The notes beneath the pieces were generated by a model that was given only the letters and a program-made list of their open reading frames with translations, searched no databases and was not told the DNA's origin. Shown here in pieces: positions 39,915 to 51,300 of a stretch of DNA of 62,735 nt; within the stretch, counting starts at the first letter, position 1, and every line of letters starts with the position of its first letter. A program made the position numbers and the translations under genes. The DNA lies in the NCBI RefSeq assembly GCF_000002075.1, contig NW_004797304.1:1040454-1103188 (forward strand), in the 5' to 3' direction. The stretch is from Aplysia californica (taxonomy: Eukaryota).

Positions 39915-40072
39915 TGGTGGTTGGCGGTTGCTCTGGTGTGGTTTGCTCCTTCTTTCCTATCAAGCAACTATCGTCTTTATCTCTCCTCCTTTTTGTGTTT
40001 GTTACTCTCTTGTAACACCTCTAATCTTCGGCACTTATATGACCTTATTGTGTTGCAATTGCCGTAAAACTC
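39915..40072 (+). repeat. Short interspersed repeat family B (~150 bp); other copies at ~505-645(-), 3945-4078(-), 50222-50360(-), 56654-56815(+), 61480-61635(+), 61890-62145(+)
   Basis: Recurring 'gtgtggtttgctccttctttcctatcaa...ctctcctcctttttgtgtttgttactc...gcacttatatgaccttattgtgttgcaa.tgccgtaaaac'. It explains several look-alike short ORFs (CLLLSCNTSNLRHLYDLIV). Confidence 0.8.
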
Positions 40073-40669
40073 TTACTTTTAAATAGAAAAAGAAACAGAC
40101 GTCGACGATCACGGTTTGCTTCTCTTTTCTCTAATCGGATGCTCTCATAAAATCTATTAATACATGATGTACATGTATTATTGTCTTGGTCTTTCCACGG
40201 AGTACCATTAATTTCCTCACATGGACATTTCGTCACACCAGTGCAGTCAAGACGTCACAATCATTCCGTCACACCACAAATCCACAAGGTTGAATGGAGA
40301 CGGTCAAAAACTTGCAAACATCAAACGCGCAGTTTCCTGGCATTCTCAAATCACGATTTTTGGGGGGAGGGTTATTTTATTGGTGGAAAAGGGGGGGGGG
40401 GGGGCCTTTTTAGGCTTAGATTATTTTAAAACAAGATGGCGGGTCCAACGATTATGTGCTTGAATTGGTGATTTAAAATAAAGACTGCTGGCGCTGATCC
40501 TCCAAAATCTACTCGTAGCAGCATAACAGTTTTGGTGGGATAAGCAAAGTCATTTTTTACACATAATTGTGGTGTGACGAGATGACCGTGTGACGAAATG
40601 ATCGGTTTTCTTTCCATGTTACCCCTCTGTTGTATACATGTGCATGATGTTTTATTCTGACCTCACCCC

Positions 40670-40910
40670 CAGGTATCTACTCTGATTTCACCCAAACTTG
40701 GCCTATCTATTCTGACCACACCCAAAGCATCTATTCTGACCACACCCAAAGTATCTATTCTGGTCTCAAGGAAAGTATCTATTCTGGTCTCAAGGAAAGT
40801 ATTTACTCTGGCCTCAAGGAAAGTATCTATTCTGGCTGCACCCAAAGTATCTATTCTGGCCTCAAGGAAAGTATCTATTCTGGCCTTGCTCGTATCTATT
40901 CTGGCCTCAT
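40670..40910. repeat. 24-bp minisatellite (aaagtatctattctggcctcaagg-like), ~10 units
   Basis: Tandem repeats directly visible. Confidence 0.85.
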
Positions 40911-42009
40911 CCGAAATCGGTAAAATTTTAACTAACCTGTCCTTGAAAAAATTATTAGTCTATACCGTAAGCGTTGTCTGTTTTTTTCTGTTTTCGTTTG
41001 TTTGTTTGTTTGTTTTCTGATTATTTTAGGGTCGGTTTTTTTTGTTGTTTTTTTTGTTTTTTTCTGTCGCAAACAGAGGACATGGGTTCGATTGTGGAGA
41101 GGGGAAGTATTACCATAATCAGGTATCTTTGTCTGTCTGCTGCAATCTAAGACCCAATCAGCCTGGGTGGACACGACAAACAGGACGACGAAGGAGTTCT
41201 CCTCCTCCTAAAGTGATGATCTCTAGAGAAAGACACGGACTTNNNNNNNNNNNNNNNNNNNNNNNNNNNNNNNNNNNNNNNNNNNNNNNNNNNNNNNNNN
41301 NNNNNNNNNNNNNNNNNNNNNNNNNNNNNNNNNNNNNNNNNNNNNNNNNNNNNNNNNNNNNNNNNNNNNNNNNNNNNNNNNNNNNNNNNNNNNNNNNNNN
41401 NNNNNNCACGAGCAGACATAGAGTGGTTATAGCACAGACATCACTCCGCTCATTTAGAGACGCTGCAGTGGCAACAGTACGCACTTGTCATCATCTACCC
41501 ACCACGCTACTCTCGCGTGTTTCGTTCTTATGTGTTTTTTTTATACGGGCAAGCATTATAAGTAAAAATATAGACTATATGCACACATAGATCGAGAGAA
41601 ATACAGAACATGTAGGANNNNNNNNNNNNNNNNNNNNNNNNNNNNNNNNNNNNNNNNNNNNNNNNNNNNNNNNNNNNNNNNNNNNNNNNNNNNNNNNNNN
41701 NNNNNNNNNNNNNNNNNNNNNNNNNNNNNNNNNNNNNNNNNNNNNNNNNNNNNNNNNNNNNNNNNNNNNNNNNNNNNNNNNNNNNNNNNNNNNNNNNNNN
41801 NNNNNNNNNNNNNNNNNNNNNNNNNNNNNNNNNNNNNNNNNNNNNNNNNNNNNNNNNNNNNNNNNNNNNNNNNNNNNNNNNNNNNNNNNNNCAAAAAAAA
41901 AACCCCCAACCCCAACGCACCCCCAACCCAGTAGGTAGATAAATAGATGAATTAATTAATTTTTAAAAGACGAAATGGAGAAGCTTTTTCGTTTGGGAGG
42001 GGGCGCGCG

Positions 42010-42530
42010 CTGACGTATTCGCCTCTCGTTCAATAGGTCCCAGGTTCGAATCTGGATAGCGATGATTTTTTTTTCTTTCACACCCTTTCCTGCTCCCTAA
42101 CACTAACACTATTCTGTCGCCTGCTTTCGTCTCCACTTTCTACCGTCACCCACGAGACCCCCTTTGCCCCGCTCCTTCGACTCGTTCTGCACCACTTATA
42201 CTGCTTCTCCTTGGCTCCTTCTTACGGCTGTCTTTCAACCACAGCCCTAATCTTATGGTAGGAAAGATCTACACCTAGCGTTCTAGGCTCGGACAAAGGC
42301 GAACAATTTCAGATATAGGTCCCGCGTGCAAGTGGCGCAAGTTAAAGTCTATCCCTTAATAAGGTGGTCCAAAAATTGATAAGAGTAGGCTAAAGCTTCG
42401 GCCGCCACCCGGGCAAAATTCAAAATTTCCTACCAACTGAAAATATGTCCCACGTGCTCATATGTCTAAGATCTCTGACCGTCTAGCCTATGACCCTTTG
42501 CAGCGCAGTACGTTGCGAGCGCCGTAAAAC
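42010..42530 (+). mobile_element. SINE family A copy
   Basis: ggttcgaatc B-box at ~42043, with the same central and 3' blocks as 3205-3705, followed by an A-rich tail. Confidence 0.75.
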
Positions 42531-42684
42531 ACTCTCCCCCCAAAAAAACAACAAAAAAACCCCCCTCAACCAACCAAAAAAACAACAACAACCCTGCAGT
42601 TTCATCAGTCTGAGCCAACGTCAGTATTTATTCTATAATCTGAGTTATTGACCATTAATTAAAATTAAACGTGTACCACACTCA

Positions 42685-42739
<55 letters not shown>

Positions 42740-42949
42740 CAACAACAACACTACAACAACAACAACAGCCGACGACGAAACAAAATAAAACAACCAAACA
42801 AAAATGGCACTATAATAATAACTGATTCTGAATACCGGTCTCAAAAGGTACGTGTGTTTGCGCTCTTTAGTCGACTTAATTAAAAAAAAAAAAATACACT
42901 CAAGGCCAGACATTCAAGAAACACGTAAAAAGAATTTGACACCGTTCGC

Positions 42950-43211
42950 TCCCCCCAATCCAAACCCTTTCAAATTTCATTTTCCTGTCTGGCGTCCAGG
43001 AGTCCAATAGAAGATCACCGCAAGTGCTCAGTGCTCAGAATCTTTCGGCAACTTTCGGTGCTCTCTCGTTGTCGACGAACCGAATGCCGAGACCGCAAGC
43101 GATCTTTGTTTCACATTCGAGAGCAGAGAGAGAGAGAGTGAGAGAAAAGAAAAAACACGGAACTACACAGTACAGTTGTGTTTCTTTGGAGTTTGATCTA
43201 GAATTGTAAGC
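42950..43211 (+). promoter_or_regulatory. Probable promoter and non-coding exon 1 of the AT-hook gene
   Basis: CCAAT boxes at 42955-42959 and 43004-43008, a CpG-rich segment, and donor GAATT|GTAAGC at 43205/43206. A T-rich intron-like sequence follows, leading to the acceptor at 48343. Confidence 0.55.
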
Positions 43212-43839
43212 TTTCCGTTTATTGTCTGTCTTTGCTTTATGTAGATAATTAGAATTGCATGCATTTTCTTTTATTTTTGTATCAGTAATGTTGTACCGCT
43301 CATTTCAGCAGTTTTATTGGAAGGTTTGGAGCCAGGAGCAGCCGGCTTTGGCTTTGGCGTTGGTTTGAAATTGAAATCATGGTCGCTGTTTCTCGCACGA
43401 CTCGCGCCCGCTGTGTTGTTTTTGGATGTTCATGAAAATGTTCTGTTCCTAAATATACTCTGATCTCAGCAGTGTGCATCGTATGTTGGCTTATAAAACA
43501 GCTGAAACTCTAACAATAGTATAGCAGAGCAAAATCAGCCCAGAACTCTTTTATCCCTAATTATTGTGCAGTAGTGTAGTGTAGTGTAGTGTAGAAACTG
43601 GTCGGATGGTTGGTTTTCGTCTTACGCCGGTGTCTTGTGTACCTGGTTTTTACTCAGACTCAGTGTGTGGATGGTCTGGAATAGAAACACTGTTCAGTGA
43701 AAGGAAAAATTAACTTGTATTTTTTCAATTTCACTCCTCTATCTCATGCTCAGTTCACGTTATTTACCGGTATTAACTAACCAGTAACAGTATTGTTGTG
43801 CACCTTCTTATAAGTTGTTCATTCATCCATTTTTTATTT

Positions 43840-44478
43840 GGCTGTCGTTATTCTCACCCGGGGTGAAAATAAAATATATGTTATTCTCACCCGGGGGAGA
43901 ATAATATCCATTTTATTCTCACCCAGGGTGAGAATAAAAGAAAGTGGCTATTCTCACCCGCCCGGAAGTTCTCGCAAGATCAACTCCTCCCCTCTTCTCT
44001 CTCTCTGTCTCTTTCTGAATACTGTCTATCGGTGTGGACGATCAAATTGACCAAAACAAAGTTAAAAAATGATGTTAAAACACAAAAGTAAATAAATTTG
44101 GTTGTCTACAAAGATGCTACGGCTATTTAACTTTTCGAATCGAGCCGAATTACGCGGGTCGCCATTTTGTTTTGCCCGGAAATTCTCGCGCTACTCCTCT
44201 CTCTCTTTCTCTCTCTCTCTCCACTGCCCACAGACAAAATTGTACGCTTTTAGTAGGCTACAATTGTAATGGAACGTTTGTTCATGGCACAGAATTCTAC
44301 AATTTTTCTGTTATCACAGTGTAGAATTCTGTGGTTTAGGGTGAACGCAAAATTTGGTGAACGCGCACCGGGTGAGAATAGCCACAAGACTCGCCTGCAC
44401 TATTCTCACTCCGGGTGAGAATAGAGGTGGCCAGAATAAAAATATTAAATTGCTATTCTCACCCGGTCTGAGAATGCA
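43840..44478 (-). mobile_element. Copy of the ATTCTCACCC-palindrome repeat in intron 1 of the AT-hook gene
   Basis: Arrays of tattctcacccggg at both ends; the body matches 15787-16290 inverted. Confidence 0.7.
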
Positions 44479-44737
44479 ATGGATTTATAGGTCTACTTGG
44501 GTGTTGAGAACGGATGATGGAAAATAATTTGTGAATTGTAAGAGAGTGACCGTTCGTGACCTGCCCGAGAGCACTGGCCGATTTTTCTAGGCTCCCGCGG
44601 GGATTGTTATTGTTTCATTTTTTAAAAATCTTGAGTTGAGAGTATGCACGAATATCTTCACCAAAACCCTAGACAAGTGCAAATATATTCTAAATTCAGA
44701 AAGGAACTCATTTGCCAGAGTAGTATGTTTTTAAGAA

Positions 44738-44770
<33 letters not shown>

Positions 44771-45435
44771 TACCGGGTCTGGGCGCTGAAACTTCCCGAA
44801 ATCACAGAAGAGTTCCCCTACCGGGTCTGTATACTTTGTGACTTTGTTCCCGGTTACCGGGTCTGTATACACTTCGTTAATGAAATAATGTTTGTCATGT
44901 GTAAAGTTAGAATTGGCATTTGTTTACAACACAAAAAACATGTTTAATTGTTATCCCTAGTTAGTAGAACCCACGATTATTTTTTAAGGAACGCAGTGTC
45001 TTGAATTTAGGCTTATTTTTTTCTTAATTTTGATTGGTTAAACCATTCAAGAGTAAAATTTTCCGATACAGAACCAATAAATTGATACTGTAGCACCAAA
45101 AGGTGACGCTATTTGGTCAAAAGATAAGGTTCCCCCCCCCAAATCGACAATAATCGCCTCCCGTGCCCGAGAGCTGGCCCGCCCGTTCTCGATTTTAGTA
45201 ATAAATTAGTCGACTCGCGCGCTCAGCTGAGTGAGGGAGGCGAGTTTTGTGGCCTGGAGCGCTCAGTGACAGGGGTCCTATGATGCCCGAAAAAAAAAAA
45301 AAAACGGGTGAGAATAGTAGGCTGTCGTTATTCTCACCCGGGGTGAGAATAGTACAAAATTTTATTCTCACCCCGGGTGAGAATAATATCCAGTTTATCC
45401 TCACCCCGATTGAGAATAATCACTGTTTTTATTTT

Positions 45436-45506
<71 letters not shown>

Positions 45507-45924
45507 CAAATTTTTTGACTTTTTACTATCGCAAATCATTTTTTGTTGTATTTGATGTTTTCATTAGAAGTAAATTATAGTAGGTGGGTATTTGCGTGGT
45601 AATATTTCGCTCAATTAAAAAACATATTTGGGGTTACAACAGGATCTGTATGGCACGGTAAGCCTCTATCAAGTCTTTTCCCACCATGTCATTGATGATT
45701 TTATTGTAATGTTCGCATAATGTTCGACACGCGTATAATGTTTGAGATTTTCTTGAAAACTTGATTTGCAACAGTTGTAGTAGCAGTCAGCATAATATAT
45801 GGTGTTTGACAGACAAAATGTAGCCTAGGTTTTTAGGCACCTAGCTATCTGGGCTGCATGATAGAAGGAGTGATACAAATTTACATGTCTCTATAACTTT
45901 ACGTTTTTCTCTGATAATAGCCTG

Positions 45925-46029
45925 GCTCTATTTCTCCGAACGTTCGGGAAAATAAACTTGAACTTTATTTCTCCGAACTGTTTCCTTTCTTGAGATTTGT
46001 TGATAATAAGTAGATGAATGGAGTGGCCC

Positions 46030-46063
<34 letters not shown>

Positions 46064-46521
46064 ATGTGTGTGTGTAAGGTGTGAACCAGGAGGGGGGGGG
46101 GGGGGGGTAGTTTTTGCTGTAAAACACATTTACCAAAAAAAAAAAGCTGTGAAGTTCTCTTTGGAATTGCTTAAAAATATCAAATGCAAAATAGGTTATT
46201 GCCAAGGTGGAGCAGTCTTGTTTTCTCGCAGTTCCTTTTGAAGGTATTTTTAAATGAAGTATAGTCCGGGAACGTTGCTCCAACCACAACTGAAGTGTCT
46301 GAATATTCAGACATTTAAAAATCTCTAGCTAGCTCTAAAAAAATTTTTAATTGAATCCGATACAAAAAATTCTTCCTCCCAGTCCTCGCAGAATGGCAGA
46401 ATGAAATTATGAAAGGATGACGCCTAAATCTCGCAAATAACCAAAAAATCTCGAGATCGGAAACTGTTAGGAGAAATAGAGTTCAACTTTATTTTCCCGA
46501 ACGTTCGGAGAAATAGTCACT
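45925..46521. mobile_element. Second copy of the ctatttctccgaacgttcggga MITE
   Basis: Same TIRs and internal sequence as 21393-21910, in the opposite orientation. Confidence 0.75.
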
Positions 46522-46564
46522 TAGAAAAATTTAACTCTGCATCTTGGCTGAGTGATTCTCTGGA

Positions 46565-46717
46565 AGGAACTCCGTAATGAGCGACCATGAAATGGAGTAG
46601 AATAGAGAGATACGGTTATGGTTTGGGTTTGGGTTAGGGTAAGGTCAGGGGTGGGGTCAGGGTTAAGGCTAAGTCTCTTCTTTATTGTTTGGGGTGGTCG
46701 CTCGTTACGGCAGTCCT
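46565..46717. repeat. Small inverted-repeat element (ccgtaatgagcgacca ... tggtcgctcgttacgg) with an internal ggttagg tract; partial copy at ~17400-17428
   Basis: Visible inverted termini; the same right end recurs at 17400-17428. Confidence 0.55.
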
Positions 46718-47034
46718 GCTGATTCTCTAGACCGTTTGGTTTTCAATCACAGTGTATGGAGAGGTCAAGAAGGTGAGTGTTGAGTTGAGAAGGGAAAGAG
46801 TAGGCTTGATCTCATGTTATTAAATTATTAAAAAGTTAATTTTTAAAATCAGTGAAGGGGAGCTCATTAATTTTTTTAAAGCATGATTAGTCCATACTTA
46901 GTGAAATGGCTTGCAAAAGCACTGAAGTATTGTTGCATCATGAAAGAGCTGAATACCTAGGTATTTTGTTTTGTTTTGCAATTTTTTTCCCAATAAAATT
47001 TGATTTTTAAGTTGTGAAAAGGGGGGGAGGGGGG

Positions 47035-47567
47035 GGGCTTTTGTGGCCTAGAGGTTAAGGTGTTTGCCTCTCATTTAAAGGTCCTGGGTTTGATTGGGGA
47101 TAGCGCCGAAAAATTTTCTTCTCTAAATTTTCTCCTTTTACGTCCTTTCCTGCTCTTGAATATTGTTCTGTCGTCTGCTTTCGTCTCCACTTTCTGCCCC
47201 CACCCCTTCACCTCCTTTGTCCCCTCCTCTGGGCTCCTGACTCTTTCTACAGCCTTTCTACTGCTACTTCGTGGCTCCTTATTACTGCTGTTTTTCAGCC
47301 GCACTCCTGATCTTTTGGTAGGAAAGGTGTCTGCAACTCTAGCCTTCTCGGACAAGGGTGAAAAATCTCAGATCCCGAGTGCAAGATGTGCTCCTTAGGA
47401 GTTAGAGACCCCTTGGTTGTCCAAAATGGATAAAAGTAGGCTTTGGCCACCACCAGTGCAAAATTCAAAATTTCCGACCAACTGAAAATGTTTAATGTGT
47501 CTCCTGTGCTCAATTCACCTTGTGCTGTTGTAAGCGCTGTAAAACTCATTTACCAAAAAAAAAAAAA
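47035..47567 (+). mobile_element. SINE family A copy
   Basis: tRNA-like head 'gtggcctagaggttaagg', the same body, and a 3' end 'gcgctgtaaaactc' followed by poly(A). Confidence 0.78.
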
Positions 47568-48363
47568 GCTGTGAAGTTCTCTTTGGAATTGCTTTAAAAT
47601 ATTAAATGCTCGCTGTAGAACTTTATTTACGTCGATGCCAAGACTGGATGGCTGTTTTATTCTAGTGCAACTTTAATACTTGTTTAGCAGAAAGTTTGTG
47701 ATGGGAAAAAAGTGAAGGTGAATTGACAAGCTTTTATGCTATTATTTCACTGAGTTAAATATTCACACACATTCATGAGTTAAATATTCACACACATTCA
47801 TAAAGTGGCCAGTAACTGATTCCTGAAAATCGTGCGGGCTGAGGTACCATCTGGCAACATAATTTTGACTTTCACTTCTTCTGCACAGCATTTTTTGACA
47901 TTGTGTTGTGGTCACCTCATAGGTCCTGCAGGAGGGTTGCTATCGGATCATTGCTGGTTGGGGTCATTCTCTATATCATTATTATGCTTGGATCTGCAAG
48001 TTTCTTGCCTAGTCAGCTTACTGCAAGAAGAAGCTCACTTGTGGTTTCTCATGCAGGCAGGAAGATTATGAGAGTGATTTTCCTCAGGACAAAGCAAAAC
48101 TGGAATGATTTAAGTATTGAGATGACATGAAGCTCACAAACATTTTGGGTGTTACTGGTAGGCCCTACTTCTTTTCTTCCCTTCTGGTGTTTCTCTCTAT
48201 CAATTTTGTTTTTTCTTTCTGTACTAAATCGTTGTTATAAATTGTTGTGTCCATGTACTTTTTTGAGTCAAACAAACTAACAAGTTCTCAGGGAAAGTGT
48301 TCTCTAATATCTCATTTTTGTTTTGTTCTTTCTCTTCTTTCAGTTACCTCACGTTTGACCAAA

Positions 48364-51300
48364 ATGCCAAAGAGGAAAGCTACAAAGGTGTGTGAGGTTT
48401 ATTACAGCACTGCTGCAAATCCAGAGAAGTCTTTTGATCTCAGGCAAAATTTAAAAGCATTTAATTTCATATATTATGAGTTTTAATCCAAAAACAAAAC
48501 AAAAAACTAGACAGTTTCTTGTTGTACTGAAGAATGGAGATTTATGAAAGGCTGAATAATCAGGCTGAAGGGCTAGAACTCAGATGGCTGCTGGATCAGA
48601 AAAGTAAAGATGAGAGGCTGAATAAGGCTATGACTTAAAGTAACAAGTGCCTTTGGCTTTAGCAGTGAACAGAATAAATCTAGTTGGACTTGCTCTGTAG
48701 TCAAATGACAGAAGTGTAACATTTTTATTTATTTAATTGGAAGCGTTGTGACTGTAAGATAAACCATTTTCATTGTTACCCAGTAGGTCTTTGTTACTAA
48801 AATCTGGCATCCATGTATTATGAAGCTCATCTTTGCTCTCTTATTTTTTCCAAATCACAGCCTTTTTATGCAAAGAAGGCACCTCTCATCAAGTGTATAA
48901 TTATATATATATTTTTTTTTGGAACAGATATTTGTTATATAATTTTTAAAAATGTAAATATGTGCTCTTAATCTTTTAAAAGATGGTTGCCAGCTCAGTC
49001 AATATGTATGTTAAGGGCACCACATATAGTCAGGCATGGATTACTCAAACACATTGGGAATTGACCATTTTGTGTTTGACACATCCATAATTCAGGTTTA
49101 CTGATATAACTGAAAATTAAAGATGTGTATCAGTTGGGGAATGTCACATTGTAGTAGTAAGCTATCTGTGGTTTTTGAGAGTTTTCCGTGTTTGTGTTAC
49201 CTGTGCCCGGCTGCACTGTAAAATGCATTTTGATGAAACAAATTCTATTCTTTCATGAATATTATGATTAGAAACAATTTTGCAATGATGTTTTCTATAA
49301 AAAAGAATCACTTCTATTTCTGCCTTTAAGAACTGTGCTCTATTTGTTCCCAGGCCCCTGCTAATGATGCGGCTACCAATGATGAGGTAATGGAGAGTAT
49401 TTTGCCTCAGATCAGACTTGGTCTGTCCGCATAAGTTTTATTTATTTATTGAGTTTTTTTTGTTTTTTTAACAAAAGTATAAGGATGTAATATATTTTGA
49501 ATGTAGGTGGAAGTTCTCTGACTGCTTCTGTTCTTTGTTTGCTAAGTAAGTTACAAGTGCAGACTACCAGAGGAAAAAATTATTTCTCACATCTTTTGAA
49601 TTATTTTCTTACCGGTGTAGAATTGTAGATAAAGAGGCTCTGATTATTTTCTATGAATAGGACTTGGGCGTGTCAAAAATTTGATATTGGTTGTTAAAAA
49701 GTTAAAATTGGAGACATTGTATGTGTATATATATATATATTGGCCTATAGATAATAGCGACTCTTGTGATGTTGCTATAAATATAGCTGGCATAGCAAAT
49801 CAGCCAACCTGGGAATTTCTTATTTTACAGATGAGATGATCTAATTTTGTGTCTCAGCTTTGCAGTATGTTAAAATTTGAGAGAATCTTTTCATCTATTC
49901 TTTATTCTTCTTTAGTGACATTTTGTCTTCTATTTGATATTGCATGTTAAGACTTGCATATATATTTGCCGTTTGAAGGAAATACTTGAAGGCAAGATGA
50001 GGGGCAAAAGTGCCAGGGGTGGACAAAGAACTTTGTTGACCGACAATATCAGGGCATGGACTTGGCCTAAAAATGACAGAGTGTATAAAATTGCAGCTAG
50101 TGGCTGCAAGCACTGGGGGTCCATTAATTGTCAACCTCTGAGCCAGAGAAGACACCTCCAGTTATCCATGTATGCAGTGTAATGGTAGGCTCTTTTTCTG
50201 CTGTTCTAATTTTAGCAAGCTTTTTACGGGACTTGCAACACAATTATGTCATATAAGTGCTGGAGATTAGCGGTGTTACAAGAGAGTAACAAACACATAA
50301 AAGGAGGAGAGATAAAGACGATAAATGTTTGATAGGAAAGGAGCAAATCATCCCAGGCGACAGAATATTGTAAGAGAGCAGGAAAAGAGGTGAAATGGGA
50401 CAATTTTAGAAAAGAAAAATTTTCCGCCGCCACCCGGATTTGAACCCGTGACCTTTGAATGAGAGGTTAATAACCTCTGGGCAGTAAGAGTCCCCTATGT
50501 CCATTTAAAAACGCATTCTATTAGAAATTGCAATAAAGTTGATAAAAGGCAAAGGAATCAAAATATAAATTTGCAGTTTCCAAGGACACTTAAGCTTTGG
50601 AAGTCACCAAACTTTGGCAGCCATGTTCCTGCTAATTTCACCTCTGATACCAGGAGACTCCCATATCATGCAATTGCAAATGTCTTGACTTCTATTCAAG
50701 ATAGATGGGTATTATTTTCACCTAAAGCAAGATAATGAAGAAGCTTTAAGATGATACCAATGCCCAAAAACTGACGAGCGTTTGATTCCACCACGTAGTG
50801 TGATGTAGTGATGCATATTTTATATTGCATATGCTTGAATGTTTTCTAATTTCAATTCGACAGGGCGAGACAGCTGCTTCTCCTGCAAAGGCTCAGAAGA
50901 AGGTATATTTTTTTGTCTTTGTAAAGTATTCACGCTGGGTGGAGCAGTACTTTTCCTTTGTAGATTATCTTGTGAAAGGAGTCAGAAATGAGAAGCCTAA
51001 TGATCAGGAAGTCAAGGCTTTGTTTTAAGTATAGTAAATGGTTTACCATCGTCCTTTGTGAAATATTTCTGATCAAGCTGACATGACATAAAATTTGCAA
51101 ACAAATTTTTCAGCTTCTGAAATACCCTTTTTAATGTTTTTAACTGTATTTGGTTTGAAAACAAAACTGGAACGTTCATTGTAATAGGTATCACTGATTG
51201 AAGAGTTTTAAAAATTTTTTATTTTTAGACATATTTATATATCTTAAACCCCTTTTTTGTGAGTAGGTGTGGGTTCCTTCTGACAGCACTGATTTTCAGC

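Noticed and set aside
40663-40910. Repetitive ORF (RIDTFLE)n or CRISPR-like array
   Set aside because: Plain 24-bp minisatellite with no unique spacers, in a eukaryotic context.
39155-41926. Long ORFs containing X runs
   Set aside because: Artefacts of assembly N-gaps.
46620-46670. Telomere-like ggttaggg tract
   Set aside because: Degenerate, short, and internal to a small inverted-repeat element.
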